64,000 nucleotides of DNA from Pavona decussata (taxonomy: Eukaryota): contig CDRNST010000013.1 in the NCBI GenBank assembly GCA_977016875.1, forward strand, positions 1,240,001 through 1,304,000, given 5' to 3'. Within the stretch, counting starts at the first letter, position 1, and every line of letters begins with the position of its first letter. Of the stretch, positions 12,936-25,809 are shown piece after piece. Both the position numbers and the translations under genes were made by a program. The notes below the pieces were generated by a model. It had not been told where the DNA came from, did not search any database, and saw only the letters and a list, made by a program, of their open reading frames with translations.

Positions 12936-14570
12936 GAACAACCCCAAGAGGAGAAACTGGAAAGGGGGAGAATGGCGGAGATTCAAATGGGCCAGCCAGC
13001 CTATTTAGCTCTAGCTCCTTGTGAAGTTTGGCATCAACAACTGTTGGATTTAGCAAAGTGGATTTCAAATTATTAGAAGTGAATGAGGTACGTTCACCAT
13101 CAAAGTGGAGAGGAAAGCCATGAGTAAAAGCAGAGAGCAAAAAATTGGCAGTGGAAGGGAGGTACCCATCAAGCAAAAAGCTTAAACGCTCAACTTTTAT
13201 TGGTGTTGGCAGACAAGGCTGGGGAGGAGTTGGCAGGTTAGGGCCTAATTCGGGACTGCTTGGATGAGTCACGAAAATTGCACTTTGCTACTGGGTGGGA
13301 GCCATCGCATTTAAAGCACAAATGCTTGAAAGGACAACACAGGTTGCATTTTCGATCTTTGTGAAAACGAAAACAATAACCTTTTGCGACAGAATCTGGC
13401 TTAGGGTTTCATGACAAAGAACCATTATGCGGGGACTATTTACGATCCACAGCCTGGGACGTAAGCCATAATTTACCATGGACTCTGTCCCAGGGCATGG
13501 AAGCGTGCTTTGCCTGTCTTAAAAAACGACAGTTCTCATCGTAAAATTTCCTATTATGGCCCCTCCCTGCCAAATCCTGGATGATTTCGCCATATTTCGT
13601 GAGGGCGGGGGCCTCATGAGGAACATTTTTTGGTATAAACTCCAACAAAATATGAAACTACGCAGCCACAACTCAACAGTGATGATTTTCTTAAGCCTTG
13701 ACATGGGTTCAAGGGATAAAGAGGGAACAGGACTGCTGTCCCCTCCACTAAAAGTGAGGCGGTACTGGTTCTCAAATACAAGGTTAGTTAACATGACACC
13801 ATAGTCAACAAACTCCATGTTCCAAATCTTGGCCCACACTTTATCACACATGGGCATCAACTGATAACCCGGCTGATTGGAGTAACTGACCTGGTATCTC
13901 TGTAACGGTCTGTAGGGAAAAGTTGGTCTAGGCTGACGCTGACGTGGCCTTACAGTGCTGCACAACTGATGAGGCCACATTCTCCACATGAACTGGTGAA
14001 CTAACAGGAGCTGGAACAGCAGCAGAAACTGTAGCCGGAACAGTTGAGGGAGCTTGGACACTGGAGGCTGAGAAAGCCGGGGTTGAGCATACAGCAAGCT
14101 CATGCAGCTGCGAAGGTGCCGGAGCAGATGGAGCCAGAGGAACTGCAGCAAGGCGATCGGAGACCTCATCAGCCACTTTTGCTACCAGTGTCTCAAACAA
14201 ATGAGGGGGCAATGCACTCTCAGCTGAGCTTGCCTGGACTGGTGAAGCTGACACTGTAGATAACGGAGAGTCATCACTGGACTGTTGAGCTGGGACCCTA
14301 GATGCAACCAGAGATTGGGTTGCGGCCGAGCTGGGCCACACACTGGACCTTGGACTGGTACGGGCAGACGGGCCCCTGGTGACCGCACGATGAGGGCGGG
14401 TTTTATGCTGAGCTTTAGGCATTTCAGAGCACTCTGTGAATGAAATCAAAAACAGTTTGGGAGAAACAGAACATGATGACCAAACAAAAGTAATTAGAAA
14501 TACCTAGGAATTAGTAAGCAAGGAAATAATCTGGTAGGGACTACCATGATCAGCAAGTATACCAGAAAAG

Positions 14571-14856
14571 CTGGGATAACTCCATATCTCCAGTGTAAAG
14601 AAAAGCTAGCATAACTACATATGACTAGCCCAGGCCAATCGGCCCAACTACATTTGCCGAGAGGAAGTGAAAAAATGGGAATAACTACATATCCCCATTC
14701 AAAATAAAGGCTAGCATAACTACATATAACTAGCCCAAAACAGAAATAGGCTCACAAAAGAAAAACACAACTACAAGTGACTAGGCAAAGGAAATAAACT
14801 AAACGGATCCTAAAAATAAAAGGAAAAGATTTGGTGGTAGCATAACTACATATGAG
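14571..14856 (-). repeat. Array of five hairpins with conserved core ATAACT(A/C)CATAT
   Basis: Cores at 14576, 14611, 14681, 14716 and 14842, each flanked by self-complementary arms. Confidence 0.8.
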
Positions 14857-14954
14857 TAACGAAACAATCTGCAAACAAATAAATTAAACGAACACAAGCT
14901 AACATAAAGAAGTCAGCGAGGCACAAACGCATGGCTTTGGAGTCACATGTTCTT

Positions 14955-15430
14955 ATTATGATCAACTGCTTCGAGAAGCGCGCCACGGTAACTACAGTAC
15001 AGCAAATACTGACCCGTAACATTGAGGTGAACACTATCATCCAAATTCAAATCCTTATAAGCGCTTACTGTACATAACAATTTAAGACCAAGGCCCGCCG
15101 AAGAAAGGGTAGAGCGTGATAACAGGAAATGCCACATGGAATTACATGACAAATGCCGACAACGCAGGCTGAATATTCCTCGAAAATTAACCGAATGTGG
15201 TCGTCAACAACAGACCCGAAAACCTCATACCCCTACGAGAAAGATCATTGATGCCAATTTCCAAAATAACAATATCTGGGGCAAAGTCTGTGACAAGGGG
15301 ATCGACGAGGTGAAGGTCATTCGCCCACAAGGTTGGCAATGGACGCCCGCCAATTCCATTCAAGCAAACCGACGCCGTATTCATGGCAATGTCCCTCAAG
15401 CTGTTTTGCAGGAAGTGATCTGTACATGTT
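14955..15430 (-). pseudogene. SGNH/GDSL hydrolase-like ORF remnant
   Basis: GIGG (block II-like), PDIVILEIGINDLS (block III GxND) and DDSVHLN (block V DxxH), split over frameshifted ORFs. Confidence 0.7.
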
Positions 15431-15657
15431 GACGAAGATATAATCATTAAATTGCTCACCATTTTGTGAAAACAAAAGTCAACTGTTTTCACCCCTTGAT
15501 TTTTTTTCTGGTTATCGTAGAACACCAGCTTAACAACAACAAAAAATATCAACCTCATGACAACAAAGACTTGGCAGTTTTGTCAATTTGAAAGTCGTCT
15601 TTGGCAACAATCCAGCGTGCAAGGTCGGCTCTAGGGCACTCACATTCTGTAACAATA

Positions 15658-15855
15658 GCAGACGTTTTTGAGCCACGGACGGCAACCGGAACTTGAATTT
15701 TTCCCTTTCTGGAGAGTTTTTACGCCATTGCATTTGTAACATCAAGCCACAGTCATCAACAAGAGCTTTTCCGGTCTGTGGTAAGGAGAAAAACCACGCC
15801 GAAAAAGGAAACATTCAACTTCCGGTTGCTGTCTGTGGCTCACGCAAGTGTGTTC
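15658..15855. mobile_element. Short MITE-like inverted-repeat element
   Basis: GAGCCACGGACGGCAACCGGAA at about 15670 and its inverted counterpart TTCCGGTTGCTGTCTGTGGCTC at about 15820. Confidence 0.55.
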
Positions 15856-16401
15856 ATAAACTCAACCACTTCCTTCACAAAAGTTTAAGAAATTTATTCT
15901 AGGAAAGCAAAACCTTCCATTTTGTTTGGTTTCCTTGTAAAGCAGTTGATACCACAAGAAAAAGGTTTCAAGTTTTCAGACGGCTAAAAAAAATCAATAC
16001 TTCGATGAAATTGATGTGGATATTAGTTTCTTATATGAAATTAACTTGAATATCTGGGAGAGCATTTCTTTAAATAAAGGTACCTTGCCAGTTGCAGTGT
16101 ACATGCTTTGGCATGTCTTCTACTCTGTAGAGCTTTTAGGTGTGTTATCTTGGTCAATATCGGCTTTGGCTAACTTGTAGAGCCACTGTCAGCATGCAAC
16201 CACGCAATCAATCCACTTTGTCTGTTTACTTCCCTGGTTATCCAGATTGTGCTTGGCTGCAAGTCTGCAAACCTGCTCATCTGTAAGGCGCGAGTCATAA
16301 ATGCTCACCCACACTTTCTCCAATAACTTTTGTTTTTTTTTTTCCATTTCCATTGACAGCTGCGGTTGAAGAATAAAGGTGGTACAGTCCAACCTCAACC
16401 T

Positions 16402-16885
16402 CAGGATTAGCTGATGCAGCACCAGTACCATTTGGCTCACGGCATGTTGGGTCAGGATTAGCTGATGCAGTACCATTACCAGTTGGCTCACGACATGTTA
16501 GGTCAGGATTAGCTGATCCAGCACCAGTACCAGTTAGCTCACGACATGTTGGGTCAGGATTAGCTGATGCAGCACCAGTACCAGTTGGCTCACGACATGT
16601 TGGGTCAGGATTAGCTGATGCAGCACCATTACCAGTTGGCTCACGGCATGTTGGGTCAGGATTAGCTGATGCAGCACCAGTACCAGTTGGCTCACGACAT
16701 GTTGGGTCAGGATTAGCTGATGCAGCACCAGTACCAGTTGACTCACGGCATGTTGGGTCAGGATTAGCTGATGCAGCACCACTACCAGTTGGCTCACGGC
16801 ATGTTGGGTCAGGATTAGCTGATGCAGCACCAGTATCAGTTGGGTCTGGATTAGCTGATGCAGCACCAGTACCAGTTAGCTCACC
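16402..16885. repeat. 51-bp tandem repeat (about 8 full units plus partial units) inside a probable minus-strand exon
   Basis: Unit CCAGTTGGCTCACGACATGTTGGGTCAGGATTAGCTGATGCAGCACCAGTA; translates as (TCREPTGTGAASANPDP)n in ORF 16295-16963. Confidence 0.9.
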
Positions 16886-18572
16886 ACCTGCAGGGCAAAC
16901 TGGTGCTGGTGCAGGATTTGCTAGGGCTTGTGCTTGGGCTTGTTCTGCATCTGAGGCTGTCAATGTTGGTGCTACTGCAATACCGAATGCTGAAAATTTT
17001 TTTGATCTATTTGTTGTTATTTACATGCAGATGATTCTCTCGTTTCTTGTCCAAATACATAAAATTACTTTATTATAGCAGTAGTGGGGAGACGTTGTTA
17101 AACATCAAGAAAATTCATCTTGGGTGATCATACCTTAAACTTTCATGATCTTTCTGATAGCTTAAGTGAGAAATTTGATGCTAATCACTAGATTCACTAG
17201 ACCATGTGGTCCTTCGCTCATCCCCAGTCCCTTAACAGACAACACCACATCTCCCTTCCCCACCCAGAGTTGGCCATGCAACATCTTCTCTCCTCCCCTA
17301 CAGGAGATAAAGCAGTACAATTTGAACAAAAGGGGTGAGTTAAAGAACAAAACTGTCAGTGTGCAGGCCTCAAGTATCTTCTATTCTGGATGAGAACTGA
17401 ACCTTGGTCAGTTTGGACCAAGAAGGTACGGTGGGGACGGAGTTCAAGAATGGTACCAAGGACGGACCAGTCAGTGTTGGTGCAAGAGGGGATCGCCACG
17501 CGAGATCCTGGGTGTAGCGGAGAAAGATCTTTGCTTTGTTGATCATAGTTGCGTTTCTCTTTAGTCTTGTTATGTAAGATTCTTCGCCTTGTGTCGGGAG
17601 TTACAAATGTTATCCTTAGGGTTTGGTAAACGTGGAAAAGAATCACGCATGGAACGTACAAGTAACAACTGAGCAGGGCTCTTTCCGCTAGAAAGTGGTG
17701 TGTTACGGATTGCCAGCATTCCTTTCCAGAACTCGTTATTAAGGGCTCCACATTTCTTGAGCAGCTTTTTCACATTCTTTACAGCTGCCTCAGCCTTACC
17801 ATTGGACTGGGCATGCGTAGGAGATAAGAGGGTGTGTTGGAAACCCCATTCTTTGGCAAAGTCTTGGAAGGCCTTACAACTGAACTGGGGGCCTCCATCT
17901 GAGACGACTTCTACAGGACTACCGAATTGAGAAAATACTTCCTTCAGTTCTTTGATAATGATTGGGGCCTTAGTATTTTTCCTTAAATTACGTACTTCAG
18001 TGAAGAATGAGAAATAATCGGTGATGATGAGGTACTCTTTTCCATGAAGAGAACAAAGGTCAAGACCAACCTTATCCCAAGGTCTTGTTGGCAATGGTGG
18101 CTGTTGGAGTGGTTCCTTGCAATTTGCTGGGAGAAGTGACAAACATTGGTGGCAGCATTTGATCATGTCCTCGATTTCCCGATCAATACAAGGCCAAAAG
18201 ACAGAATCACGGGCACGGCGTCGAGTTTTGTCAATGCCTTGATGCCCTCCATGTAGGGTCAAGAGGATCTTCTTCTGAAGGGATGATGGGATGACAGTGC
18301 GGCCATTCATCAACAGAAGAGAATGATCAGTCAGTGGATTAGCCAGGTAAAGTTGATGGCGAGTGGGCCAGAAGGGTTTAGCAAGATCATCGACTTCTTC
18401 TAGGGAGTCGGGCCATCCACAGCGGACATAGTCTGCGACTCGAGAAAGCTGAGGGTCGGTGTGTTGGGCATTAGAAACTTCATGTAGCTGCAGGTCTTCA
18501 GTCGACTTATCAGCAAAGCGGGCGTGCACAGCTACTTCAGCATGAGCTTCACACAATTCATCATCAAGTGAG

Positions 18573-21524
18573 ACAAAAGACAAAAGGAGCTATCATTAGA
18601 AGTAAGGCACTTTGGCATGAACAAGGTGAACGAAATACAAGATACTTTTATAATCTAGAAAAGCGAAATCAAAATAGAAAAACGGTTACTAAATTAAAAG
18701 TTGGTAGTAATAAATACACTTCCGATCAGTTTGAAATATTACAGGAAGAAAAACGCTTTTATGAAACACTCTACAGATCTAACAGCACTGATGTTTCGCC
18801 TGAATCCACTTTTTTCAAACCTGATAACATATCTCCATTAAAAGAAGAGGAACAACAGCAGTGTGAAGGTCTTGTCTCAGAAAACGAATGCTTAAACGCT
18901 TTAAAGGAATTCAAAAATGCCAAATCTCCTGGTACCGATGGTTTCTCAGCAGAGTTTTATAAATTTTTTTGGCCCGAGCTCGGTAATGAAATCGTTTCTA
19001 GTTTTAATCATGCTTTTCGGACTGGTATTCTTTCTATTAGTCAAAGACGAGGAATCATATCGTTAATTCCCAAAAAAAGTAATGATAAAACTATGCTGGA
19101 AAACTTGAGGCCAATTTCTCTGCTCAATACAGACAAAAACTATGGCAAAAAGGCTGGAAAAGGTGCTCCCAAAAATTATAAACCCTGATCAAACTGGCTA
19201 CGTTAAAGGCCGCTTCATTGGCGAAAATGTTAGATTAATACATGATGTCATGTTTTTTACTGAATACGCAAAAAAGCCTGGAATTGCCTTATTCCTCGAC
19301 TTTCGAAAAGCATTCGACACAATTGAATGGGCCCACTTAAAAACTGCTCTACAAATGTTTAATTTTGGCCCTGATATGTTAAGTTGGTTTCAAATAATAT
19401 ACAATCAAGTATCCAGTTGCGTCTTACATAATGGTCATGCATCCGAATTCTTTCTTCTCGGGCGAGGAGTTAGGCAAGGTTGCCCCTTGTCAGGCCTTCT
19501 TTTCGTTATCGGAATTGAACCTTTTTGCCAGGGCGTTAAAAAAAGACCCGAGTATCAAAGGCATTAACGTAGGCCAAAAAGAAATTAAAATTACACAGTA
19601 TGCGGATGATACAACGGTCCTAGTACGTGACTGCGACTCAGTGCTAAGATTATTAGAACTTCTAGAAGAGTTTAAACGTGTAAGTGGCTTAGAAATTAAT
19701 ACAAGCAAAACCGAAGCTATGTGGCTAGGTACCTGGAAAAACCGCAAAGAAAAACCCTTCGGCTTCAAGTGGCCAGATGATCCTGTTCTCGCCCTCGGAA
19801 TATCCTTTACTTACGATTCCGAACGCGCTTGGATGCTTAATCTGGAGGAAAAGATAGATAAATTGGAAAAAACCCTCAGTTGCTGGAAGCGAAGAAATCT
19901 TACTCTTATGATAAAAATTAACATTGTAAAAACCTTAGGTTTGTCTAAACTAATTTACAGCGCCTCTGTATTAACAATGTCAAGACGTACTGTAGAGAGA
20001 ATCAACAGAATCATTTTCAACTTTATTTGGGACGGCAAACCCGCCAAAATAAAAAAGAAAACTATTATTGCTGAAAGGAAGTATGGCGGTTTAAAAATGA
20101 TTGACTTTGAACTTATGGAGAAGTCACTTAAAATAGCCTGGATTAAAAGATTTGCAGAAAATAACCACGCCGCATGGAAAATAATTCCTGAGCACACATT
20201 GAGCCAACATGGTGGAATCAGTTTTTTCACCCAATGCCAGTATGATATGCAATTGTTTGACCTACAAAATCTACCTGATTTTTACAGAACAATTCTGAAT
20301 TACTGGCAAAATTTCAAGCTCTTAACCGATAATGACAAAGCAGCACAGAACCAAATAATCTGGAACAATAGTAACATTCTCGTGGATGGAAAACCAATCC
20401 TGTATAACTCCTGGCTCATTAACGGTATAATGTACATCAAAGACTTACTCGCTGAAGACAAAAATTTTCTCTCTCTGGCTGATCTAAAAGCAAAATTCAA
20501 CTTAAATGTACCTCTTACCACCTATTACGGTGTATTAAATGCTATCCCAGCAAACTGGAAGAAAAGCATCCAAAATACAGATGTCCAGAGAGGACTCGGA
20601 CTAGTCGCCCGACTTCCATCAACAAAAACAGCTTATTCGATAATACTGAGTAATAGCTACTCAACACCAATGGCAGAGAACAAGATTTTAAATTACGGCT
20701 TCACAAAAGACAACATCCAAAATGTCTATATGCTTCCATTTCAAATTTTGAAAGAAGCAAAATTAATTTTCTTTCAATTTAAAATTATTCATGACATTTT
20801 ACCGACACAATCCAACTTGTTCCGTGCTGGGATAAAAGACACGTATGCCCCCTATGCAATTCCGAGTGCCAGTCTTTAAGCCACATGCTGTTTACATGTC
20901 ATGTATCCTCGACTTTTTGAAATCATTTTAGACTCTGGTGGCGAGAAAGCTTTCAAGAAAAAATAACTTGATCCGAGAGCGTGATCTTCTATGGTTGGTA
21001 TGAAAAATCAAAAACCTGGCTTGTCCTCAACTACTCTCTCATTATTGCTAAATACCACATTTTCACCACAAGTGTATGCAATGGCAACTTAAACTTTGAA
21101 GGTTTTCTTTTATGTGTGAAAAACAAACTAACTATTCTGCGTACAATTGCTGCGAAAAATAACAACTTAAAGAAATTTATGGTAACGTGGGCCCCTGTGC
21201 TATAAGACTACCAGGAAATGTGTACTTTTGTCCGTATTCACGCTTTTTTAATTGTGTTGTGTTCGTCTTTAGAATCTAATAGGTGTTATGAGCATTGTGC
21301 AAACTCCAGTTTTTGTATTGTTTATAGTAAACTGATTGTATGTAGCTTTTTTTCGTTTCGTAACTTCCTATTTTTCTTTGTGCATTTACTGTAAGTAGTA
21401 CAATTTAAGTTTAGTTATTTTAAGTTATGCTACAGTATTGTAAGTAACGTGTGGTATTGTTTAATTAGTAAGAAATGTTAGTATTGTAAGTTATGTTTTG
21501 TTTGGAATAAACTTTAAAAAAAAA
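18573..21524 (+). mobile_element. 5'-truncated Tx1/L1-clade LINE inserted into the Gypsy pol
   Basis: RT motifs KSPGTDG, LRPISLLN, DQTGY, LDFRKAFD, GVRQGCPLS, QYADD; AATAAA plus A-tail; 10-bp TSD ATCAAGTGAG (18563-18572 / 21525-21534). Removing it restores the Gypsy frame ALSRFPVDQPSLDDELCE. Confidence 0.95.
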
Positions 21525-23371
21525 ATCAAGTGAGGGCTGGTCTACAGGAAAGCGCGAAAGGGCATCTGCCGCCAAATGATCTTTTCCTTTTACCCATTGC
21601 GCTGTGAAAGAGTAAGGCAGCATGTTCATCATGAGTCGCTAAAGTCTGGGATTCTCAACGTCTGCGATCCCCATAGAATTTAAGATTGGGATGAGAGGTT
21701 GATGGTCAGTGAGCACGGTGAAGTGGTGTAAGCCCTGAAGGTACATGTAGGACTTCTTTATAGACCAGCAAGCAGCAAGAGCCTCAAGCTCTATCATGGC
21801 ATAACGGCTTTCGGTAGGAGTCAAGAAACGTGAACTGGCTTGAACAGGTCTCCACACATCATCTACCAGCTGAAGGAGAACAAAACCCAGTCCTTTAAGA
21901 TGAGACGCATCAGTAGCGAGAACAGTTTGTTGATCAACCCCAAAATATGTTAGAACAGGCGTGGTACTCAGGCGAGATTTTGCTTCAACGAAGGCATGGT
22001 CGTGTTTAGGGAGCCACTGGAAGACTGCATCCTGTGTAAGAAGAGGGCGAAAGGGGACCATAATTTCAGTAAGTTCTTTGGAGAAATTACCAAGCTGGTT
22101 CACCAGACCAAACCACGAGCGAAGTTCTGTGAGGTTCCTTGGTCGAGGAAAATCCCTAATTGACTTCAGGAGGTCAGGACTGGTTTGAATTCCTGTTGTT
22201 GACAGGCGAAAGCCACCAAAATCCACTTCAGTGACAGCAAGCTGTGACTTTGCTTTCTTGAGGGTGACACCATGCTGATGGCACTGATCAAGGAAGGCAC
22301 GGCTACGCTTCTTCAGAATAGAGAGAGTTGGGGCATAGATCAAAATATCGTCAACAATCTTACGAACACCTTCTAGGCCAGCAACGACCTTGTCCATACG
22401 GCGGTTGTACCATTCAGAGATGCTGTTGATGCCAAATGCAGCCCTATAGCACACAGCGACCAAAGGGTGTAATGAGGCAGGTTAGAGGGCGTGACTCAGG
22501 AGCAAGTGGGACTTGCCAGTAACCATGGGGAGCATCAAATTTGCAGAAGAATGCAAGTTCCTCCTGCGGGATACTTGTAACGGCCTTAAAAGGAGAATTA
22601 CTCAGATGATACCCACATTGCATAAAACGGTTTAAACGAGTAAGTCAATGCAACTTTGGAGTTCATCGGTGTCCTTCTTTGGGGCGATTACGATCGGATG
22701 ACACCAAGGACTTGGCTCTTCACACGCTGTGATTACTCCAAGTTGTTCCATCTCATTAAGCTGCTTCTTTAGCTGATCCAGATAAAGGATAGGAATTTTC
22801 CGTGCTTTTAGTTGAGCACAGGGTGTGGCATCAGGTTTAAGGTTGATCTTAAAGGGTGCACCTGACATTGCAGGTAGAACAGTCTCATGGAAGACGTCTT
22901 TATATTCTTGCAAGAGAGAAGAAACAGAAGTCTCATCATCATTGGAAACAACCTGTTGGTCTGAGGAGGCTTGAAGAACATGGACCTGGGAACACACTTT
23001 AGTTGCTGAGTGGTGGATCCAATTCAAATTAGGCAATAGCTCGTCTTCTGAAAGTGGATGCTCCTGGGTGTGGACTTTTGAGACAACAATCAGGCAGAGA
23101 GCATTCAGCTGGAGCATGAACAGTGTCAGCATGAGCTGTCTTGACAGTTGAAGAAGAAAACTGCGCTCTTTCCTTCAGAATAGACAAGGGCCACTGCTTG
23201 TCTATGGCTCCAAGAGCTCGGCAAGCAGGGGTGCCAAGTAAAACCCATCTTCACCATGGACGATGTAGAACCACTGGTTAGCTGAGAGAACTGGGTGCTG
23301 TGGGGGCCAGGAAATCTTCAGAAGGACACGTGCTTCAATTTCGAGCTTAAAGCCACCCGCAGTCTTTACAG

Positions 23372-23879
23372 GCCAGACTCAAATTCGATCACATTACTCC
23401 AGTGGCTACGGGAGCTACACTGGCTAACTGTAACACAGCAACTTTACCTAAGAGACGCTGTTTTTACTTTCAAATGTATGACGGGTTGCGTCCCTGACTA
23501 CCTTCGATCCAAGCTAGTTACCAGGGGCCAAGCTCCCAGTAGCGTGACACGAAATTCATAACAGTTGAATATCCCTTTATTCAGAACAGCTACCGGTCAG
23601 CGGTCCTTCCAGTACAGAGCTGTCAGTTTATGGAACAGCTTAGATAAAGATCTTAAACTTAGTAAAAATCATGAGGTTTTTAAGCGTAAACTTAAGCATA
23701 TATTACGGGACACTAAGTTATTTATAGACTTTCGATTAGTAATATTCTACCTTTTATGTATCGTTCTTATATGTATGTATATATTAATTTACCTTATTTT
23801 TCATTTTAAACATGATGTATTGATCACCGAAAAGCCACTCTGGGGAGTGTTCAATAAAGTATTATCTTATCTTATCTTA
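23372..23879 (+). mobile_element. L2-like LINE 3' fragment inserted in the Gypsy protease region
   Basis: KFDHIT...RELHWL...FKCMTG..P.YL...IPLFRTATGQRSFQYRAVSLWN, AATAAA and a (TCTTA)n tail. CTCAA is present at both junctions. Confidence 0.85.
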
Positions 23880-25070
23880 TCTCAAGATTATAGTTCCATT
23901 CAGGAATTTCAAAGTGAGCAATCCAATCATAACCAACACAGTTTATGTTAGCACCTGGATCAACCATGCAACTCTGGATCCAATTGTTATTTCCAATGAG
24001 AAAATAAACGTGGCAGTGACTTCCTACACTGGGAATGGGAGAAACGTTGATGGACTTCACAGATACAGTTGCACTTATCTGAGATTCCCCAAGGGCCGAA
24101 ATCGACTTGAGGGAGAGATTACTGGATGATTTGGATTGAATCGGACCAAAATCTGGTTTGCTTTCTTCACTGGATCGCCCTGCTCTAGGCTAGAGATGCT
24201 AGGGCACATTCGGGGAGTTAGCCCAATGGCCTCTGTTGTGACACACCTTGCAAATAGAATCTTTAGCAGGGCACAATTCCTTTCTGAAGGTGTGAAATTT
24301 CATGCAAAATTTGCATGTTCTAGGAGTTTCGTCCCGAGTTTCACTGTGAGGTGGGCTCTGTTTGTAGGAGGTTTTAGTTCCCTTTCCTTGTTTGTAAGTA
24401 GATGCACCTGCTTTGTTTACTTGAGTAGAGAACTGAGTAGCCTGAATTGAGGTAGTCTCATCAACTTGAATATGTTGTACAGCTTTTTCAAGGGTTAGGT
24501 CTTGCATACACAAAAGACTTTTTCGGAGATTATTAGACCTTATAGCAGCTACTAGTCTGGCAAGAAGTACAAGACATCTTGCTTGCCGTCTTGCAAAATC
24601 CTCATGCTGGCATTTACTTAAGGGGGACTGCAAATCGCTGTAAAATTCTTGAAAAGATTAATTTGACCCTTGGATTCTATTATGAAACTCATATTCGCGA
24701 ACGAAGACACTTGTGCTCCCACATACCTGGGTCTGGAAAGCTTCAATGATAGCGTTGACATCAGGGAGGGCTAGCAGGTTCATTTTTTTACAGTATCATC
24801 GCTAAGGACATTTGTAAGTAGAGCTAGTTGGGTTTCTTGTGAGAGTGTAGAGAAACCTGTGATAGTTACTGCAGAGGTCCTTTGCTGCTTCCAAATTTGA
24901 AATCCGTCGGGAGTAGAAAAAGCAACATCCAGGTGGGGGACTCGTGCAATTTCAGAAGAAATAAACTGAAGACTTGGACTGTTTGTTGTTGTTGAACTAG
25001 CACTGGCCTCATCGGGAAGTTCAGGACTTGGCTTGGGAGGCATATCCTGTACAACCGGAGTAAACTGTGT

Positions 25071-25530
25071 CAAGGCTGCCCTTTGGGCCTTAGGTTCAAA
25101 GCAATGTTAACCTGCAGGTTAACCTCCTTAGAAATAATTTTGCAAGACTTCAACCAAGAAAAAATTCTGTTCCAAAAGATCTCAATTTTTGCGCATTCCC
25201 AAAATAAGTGAAAAAAGGCTTTCTCTCTCACTCTGACAGAAAATACAAATCTCATCATCTACAAGTCACATTTTGTTGAGAAAGGTGTTGGTCGCTAATC
25301 ACCGACGCAAGAATTTGAAATTGAAAACTCTAAGCTTCAGCTTTTAGTTTTAAAGGCCATTTCATAAGCTACTTCCCAGGCAATATTTTGGTCCAGCTCA
25401 ACATTTATTTGTTCGCGCCATATTTCTTCGCTTGATTTTGGTCATTCGCTTTTATTTGACACAAGCTTCTTATAAACTAGTCTGGATGATTTGGGGGTTT
25501 CTAAAAATCGTGAAGCTAGGTTAATAAATT
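25071..25530 (-). mobile_element. Tx1/L1-like LINE C-terminal fragment
   Basis: WEVAY...KL..FNFKFLRR...TNTFL...FHLFWECAKIEIFW zinc-knuckle region. Confidence 0.65.
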
Positions 25531-25809
25531 GGTCAGGCTGAAGGGCCGAGCTGTGCTAAGCCACACGAATTTAGCACCAAGCTCTGCACTTAATCAATAA
25601 ACAAACAGAATTACTGAAACACTTGCCTTTTCAGCAATGCTGATCAAAAGTCCATAATTTTTTAGACACCTGTGGTCTAATTTAGGATGGGAGTGGGACA
25701 GGATTGGAGTGATTCCTTGAGTCCTTGTCTTTAGAATGTGGTCCAGTTGCTGGCTGAGACTAACAATCATCCCTTTCGCACTTGAAGCCCGACTGAAAAC
25801 CTCCTCACT

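Larger units (their letters stand above)
12936..15430 (-). mobile_element. DIRS/Ngaro-like (tyrosine-recombinase class) retroelement remnant: SGNH ORF, hairpin region, gag, start of RT
   Basis: Gag-like KVWAKIWNMEFVDY...ALTKYGEIIQDLA...YDENCRFLRQ...PWD with a Cys/His knuckle region. RT start LPTPIKVERL...HGFPLHF...KELELNRLAGPFESPPF...VSPLGVV. SGNH-like ORF upstream. No YR domain is visible. Confidence 0.7.
17350..25070 (-). mobile_element. Ty3/Gypsy (Mag-clade-like) internal region, decayed, interrupted by two LINEs; LTRs not found
   Basis: Gag with CKFC...H...C-PA-CKVCHNRGHW (24199-25043); protease VDPGANINC (about 23940-23970); RT PSPWCHPIVIAPKK...KIVDDILIY; RNase H TDAS...RYAMIELE...TDHQPL; integrase LHGGHQGI...C..C, SDGGPQF, SNGKAE (17570-18562). 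Confidence 0.9.

Noticed and set aside
16402-16885. CRISPR-like array (also considered for 9771-10230 and 14571-14856)
   Set aside because: The first two are contiguous tandem units with no unique spacers. The hairpin array has only a 12-bp core and irregular spacing. No cas genes, and the context is eukaryotic.
17100-17350. 3' LTR of the Mag-like Gypsy element
   Set aside because: No matching direct repeat was found near 25070, where a Tx1 fragment abuts gag, and no TSD.
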